Shown in pieces: positions 31,901-34,067 of a DNA stretch of 34,067 nucleotides. The stretch comes from Jimgerdemannia flammicorona (taxonomy: Eukaryota). The notes below the pieces were generated by a model. It ran no database searches, was not told the origin of the DNA, and saw only the letters and a list, made by a program, of their open reading frames with translations. Position numbers and translations under genes: made by a program. The number at the start of each line of letters is the position of its first letter. The stretch's first letter is position 1. The DNA lies in the NCBI GenBank assembly GCA_003990765.1, contig RBNJ01000286.1, forward strand, positions 1 to 34,067, read 5' to 3'.

Positions 31901-34038
31901 TTCTAGGGAAAATTTTTCTCCAATAGTATATATGTATTTATTCTGGTCCTTATCTTTCTTGTGCTCAAGTTCAGCAATCTTAATAGCAGTATAGGCTCAT
32001 CTTCTAGTAGATCTAAAGCCTTGTTCTCCTCTCTTAGTCTTGATAAGTTCAATGGCTTCAGTAATCTTAGGCTTCTTAACTTCATGGATCAGCATCTGGT
32101 CAATCCTGTCATACTTCTTGACTTCAAATGGGGTGGTGGGGTTGTGATTTCTGACTATAAGAAAGATCTCACTAATGTAATCAGGATCAATGACTCCTCC
32201 TTCAACTGAGATTTCACTCTTGGCCAGACTGCTCTTGGTCTTGATAATTCTGGTATAGTTCTTTGGTAACTTGACTCTAGTTCCAGTTCCAAGTAGAGTG
32301 GTGGTCTGTGGTTTAAGAATAGCATCTTAGATACTGGTAAAATCTATTTCTATAGCTCCTTTAGTCTTGTATTCTGGGATCTTGGCTTTGGGGTAAAACT
32401 TCTTGACCTTGAGAGTAATGTCTGGTTTTTATTCCTCCTCATCATTGCTATTAGCTTGAAGCTCTGGAGGCTAGTCATTTTCTTTGGCTTTCTTTTTTGC
32501 TTCAGCAGCTTCTTGCTTGTATCTTTGTTGATAGACTTTTCTAACTTCACTAATATAGGACCAATAGTTATTTAGATATTTAGAGTAGTATATCTTTACA
32601 CTATAGGGATATCTTCCTTAAGAGAATAGCTATCAATAATCTTATTGTACTACTGCTCATCTGTGAGCTTAGTTGTCTTGCTCTTATTCTTATACACTGA
32701 GTGTATGAAGACTTTTATGTCCTCTTCATCTCCTTTCTCTATGTCTGGTAATACTTCTTTATAGACATTGATAGAGACTTATACCTTTCTTCCTCTATAA
32801 TTGATCTATATCTTCTAGATATTGAGATCAATGATAGCCTTGGTCTTATGAAGTCATTGGTTACCAATAAAGATATTATAGTTGGTAGCACTTGTAATTA
32901 TCACATCTACTGAGATAGTAGCTCCTTCAATCTTGATGAGGACTTATTAGATCTTGCTTAGGAGAGTAGCTTATATACCATCTGCTGTAATATAGACCAT
33001 TTTGGTGGATTCTTTGATGTCCCAGCCTAGGCAATCAATTGCCTTCTTGCTCATAAGACATTCTCTAGTACTAATATCAATAATAATATCAAATATATAA
33101 TTTTTAATCTAATATTATATATAGGCTGAGATATTATACTGATCTTCAGATTCTTTACCTAAGTCTTCTTGTTCATCTTCTTATATATTGTGAGCTTCTA
33201 TAATCTTGTACTCTTAGTTCTTGACAGTAGTTACAAGTCCTGCTCTCAACTGCTGTCTGAAGGCAGAGACTTCTACTAGTTGTCCAAAAGTAGTAGTGAT
33301 CTTCTGTTCCTTAAGATCATTGAAAATATCATACTGGTGGACTTTGGTCTTATATAGCTTCTGTTCTTTCTTGCTTTTACTTTCTCCTGAGACTGGAGTA
33401 GTATCTTCAATAATTTGGCAGATAGCTTTATCTAACTCTATGTTTTAATCAATCTTCTCAGATTGGATCTTGTTTTGAATAATAATGGTTGGGGTCTTTT
33501 TTGGTCTTCCAACTAGCTTACTATTGTCCTTCTTATTATAGGACTTAGACTGGGTTTTGATATCTTCAGTAATAGGGTAAAATTCAGACTTCTTATAGTA
33601 TTTTTCTTTATCAGTGTCACCAATCTCCTTGATAACTACAGCATTGGTTTATTCTCTAGTTCTGGTAGCATCACTTAGTTGGACTCTGTGTCTTGTTTTG
33701 GTCATACAATTCTTTGCATAGTAGTCTTCTTCTCTATATTTGAAGTATATAATAGTACATTCCTCTATAGTAGCTATAAACTTCTGTACTGGTCTCCTGT
33801 TGACACTTTGTACTTCTCTAACAATATCACCAAGGTGTACAGTCATCTTGGTAAATTACTGGGCAAGTTCCTCTACTGGGTCAGCTTTGGCCATCTTGGG
33901 AGTAGGTGGGAATGATTGTCTATTAAAAGCTATAGTGAGTATGATACTAGTTAGCTTTGGTGGCTCTATCTTGATACATACTAGTTATTCTTTCCATCAA
34001 GTATTCAGTAAGATGTCTGGTAGTCCAATATCTCTGTA
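27333..34038 (-). mobile_element. Family A copy 2 (sub-family variant), truncated in gag, more heavily mutated
   Basis: Reverse complement is colinear with ~757-7395: pol to 30489, integrase 29298-30496, PPT 28933-28942, LTR 27333-28932 with ORF remnant 27830-28676. Confidence 0.95.
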
Positions 34039-34067
34039 ATTTCTAGAGTAAGGGTCTATTTTTTTTT

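Overview
Eukaryotic repeat-dense region, very probably fungal; an early-diverging lineage such as Mucoromycota is only a guess. It is a nest of decayed retroelements around one ~2.2-kb single-copy, CpG-retaining island (9832-12067) that holds a probable two-exon host gene. Repeats carry heavy C>T/G>A hypermutation (CpG loss, CpA>TpA; RIP- or methylation-like), so nearly all TE ORFs have premature stops. Ty3/Gypsy family A has a near-complete copy at 1-7395 (+) and a 5'-truncated copy at 27333-34038 (-). Its layout is gag-PR-dUTPase-RT-RNaseH, then a separate integrase ORF, then ~1.5-1.6-kb LTRs that contain their own ORF. Related family B (13517-16004, -, plus older relics) has the same split integrase and a homologous accessory ORF outside the LTR. 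Family C is a chromovirus (16566-22617, -) with dUTPase between gag and protease, plus two solo LTRs. Also present: an apparently endonuclease-less Penelope-like element (16005-26129) interrupted by the chromovirus, a polyA/TSD non-LTR insertion, and two hAT-type MITEs. The most interesting signal is a polycistronic, complex-retrovirus-like Gypsy architecture, with stop/start-overlapped integrase and accessory ORFs, one of which sits in the LTR U3.
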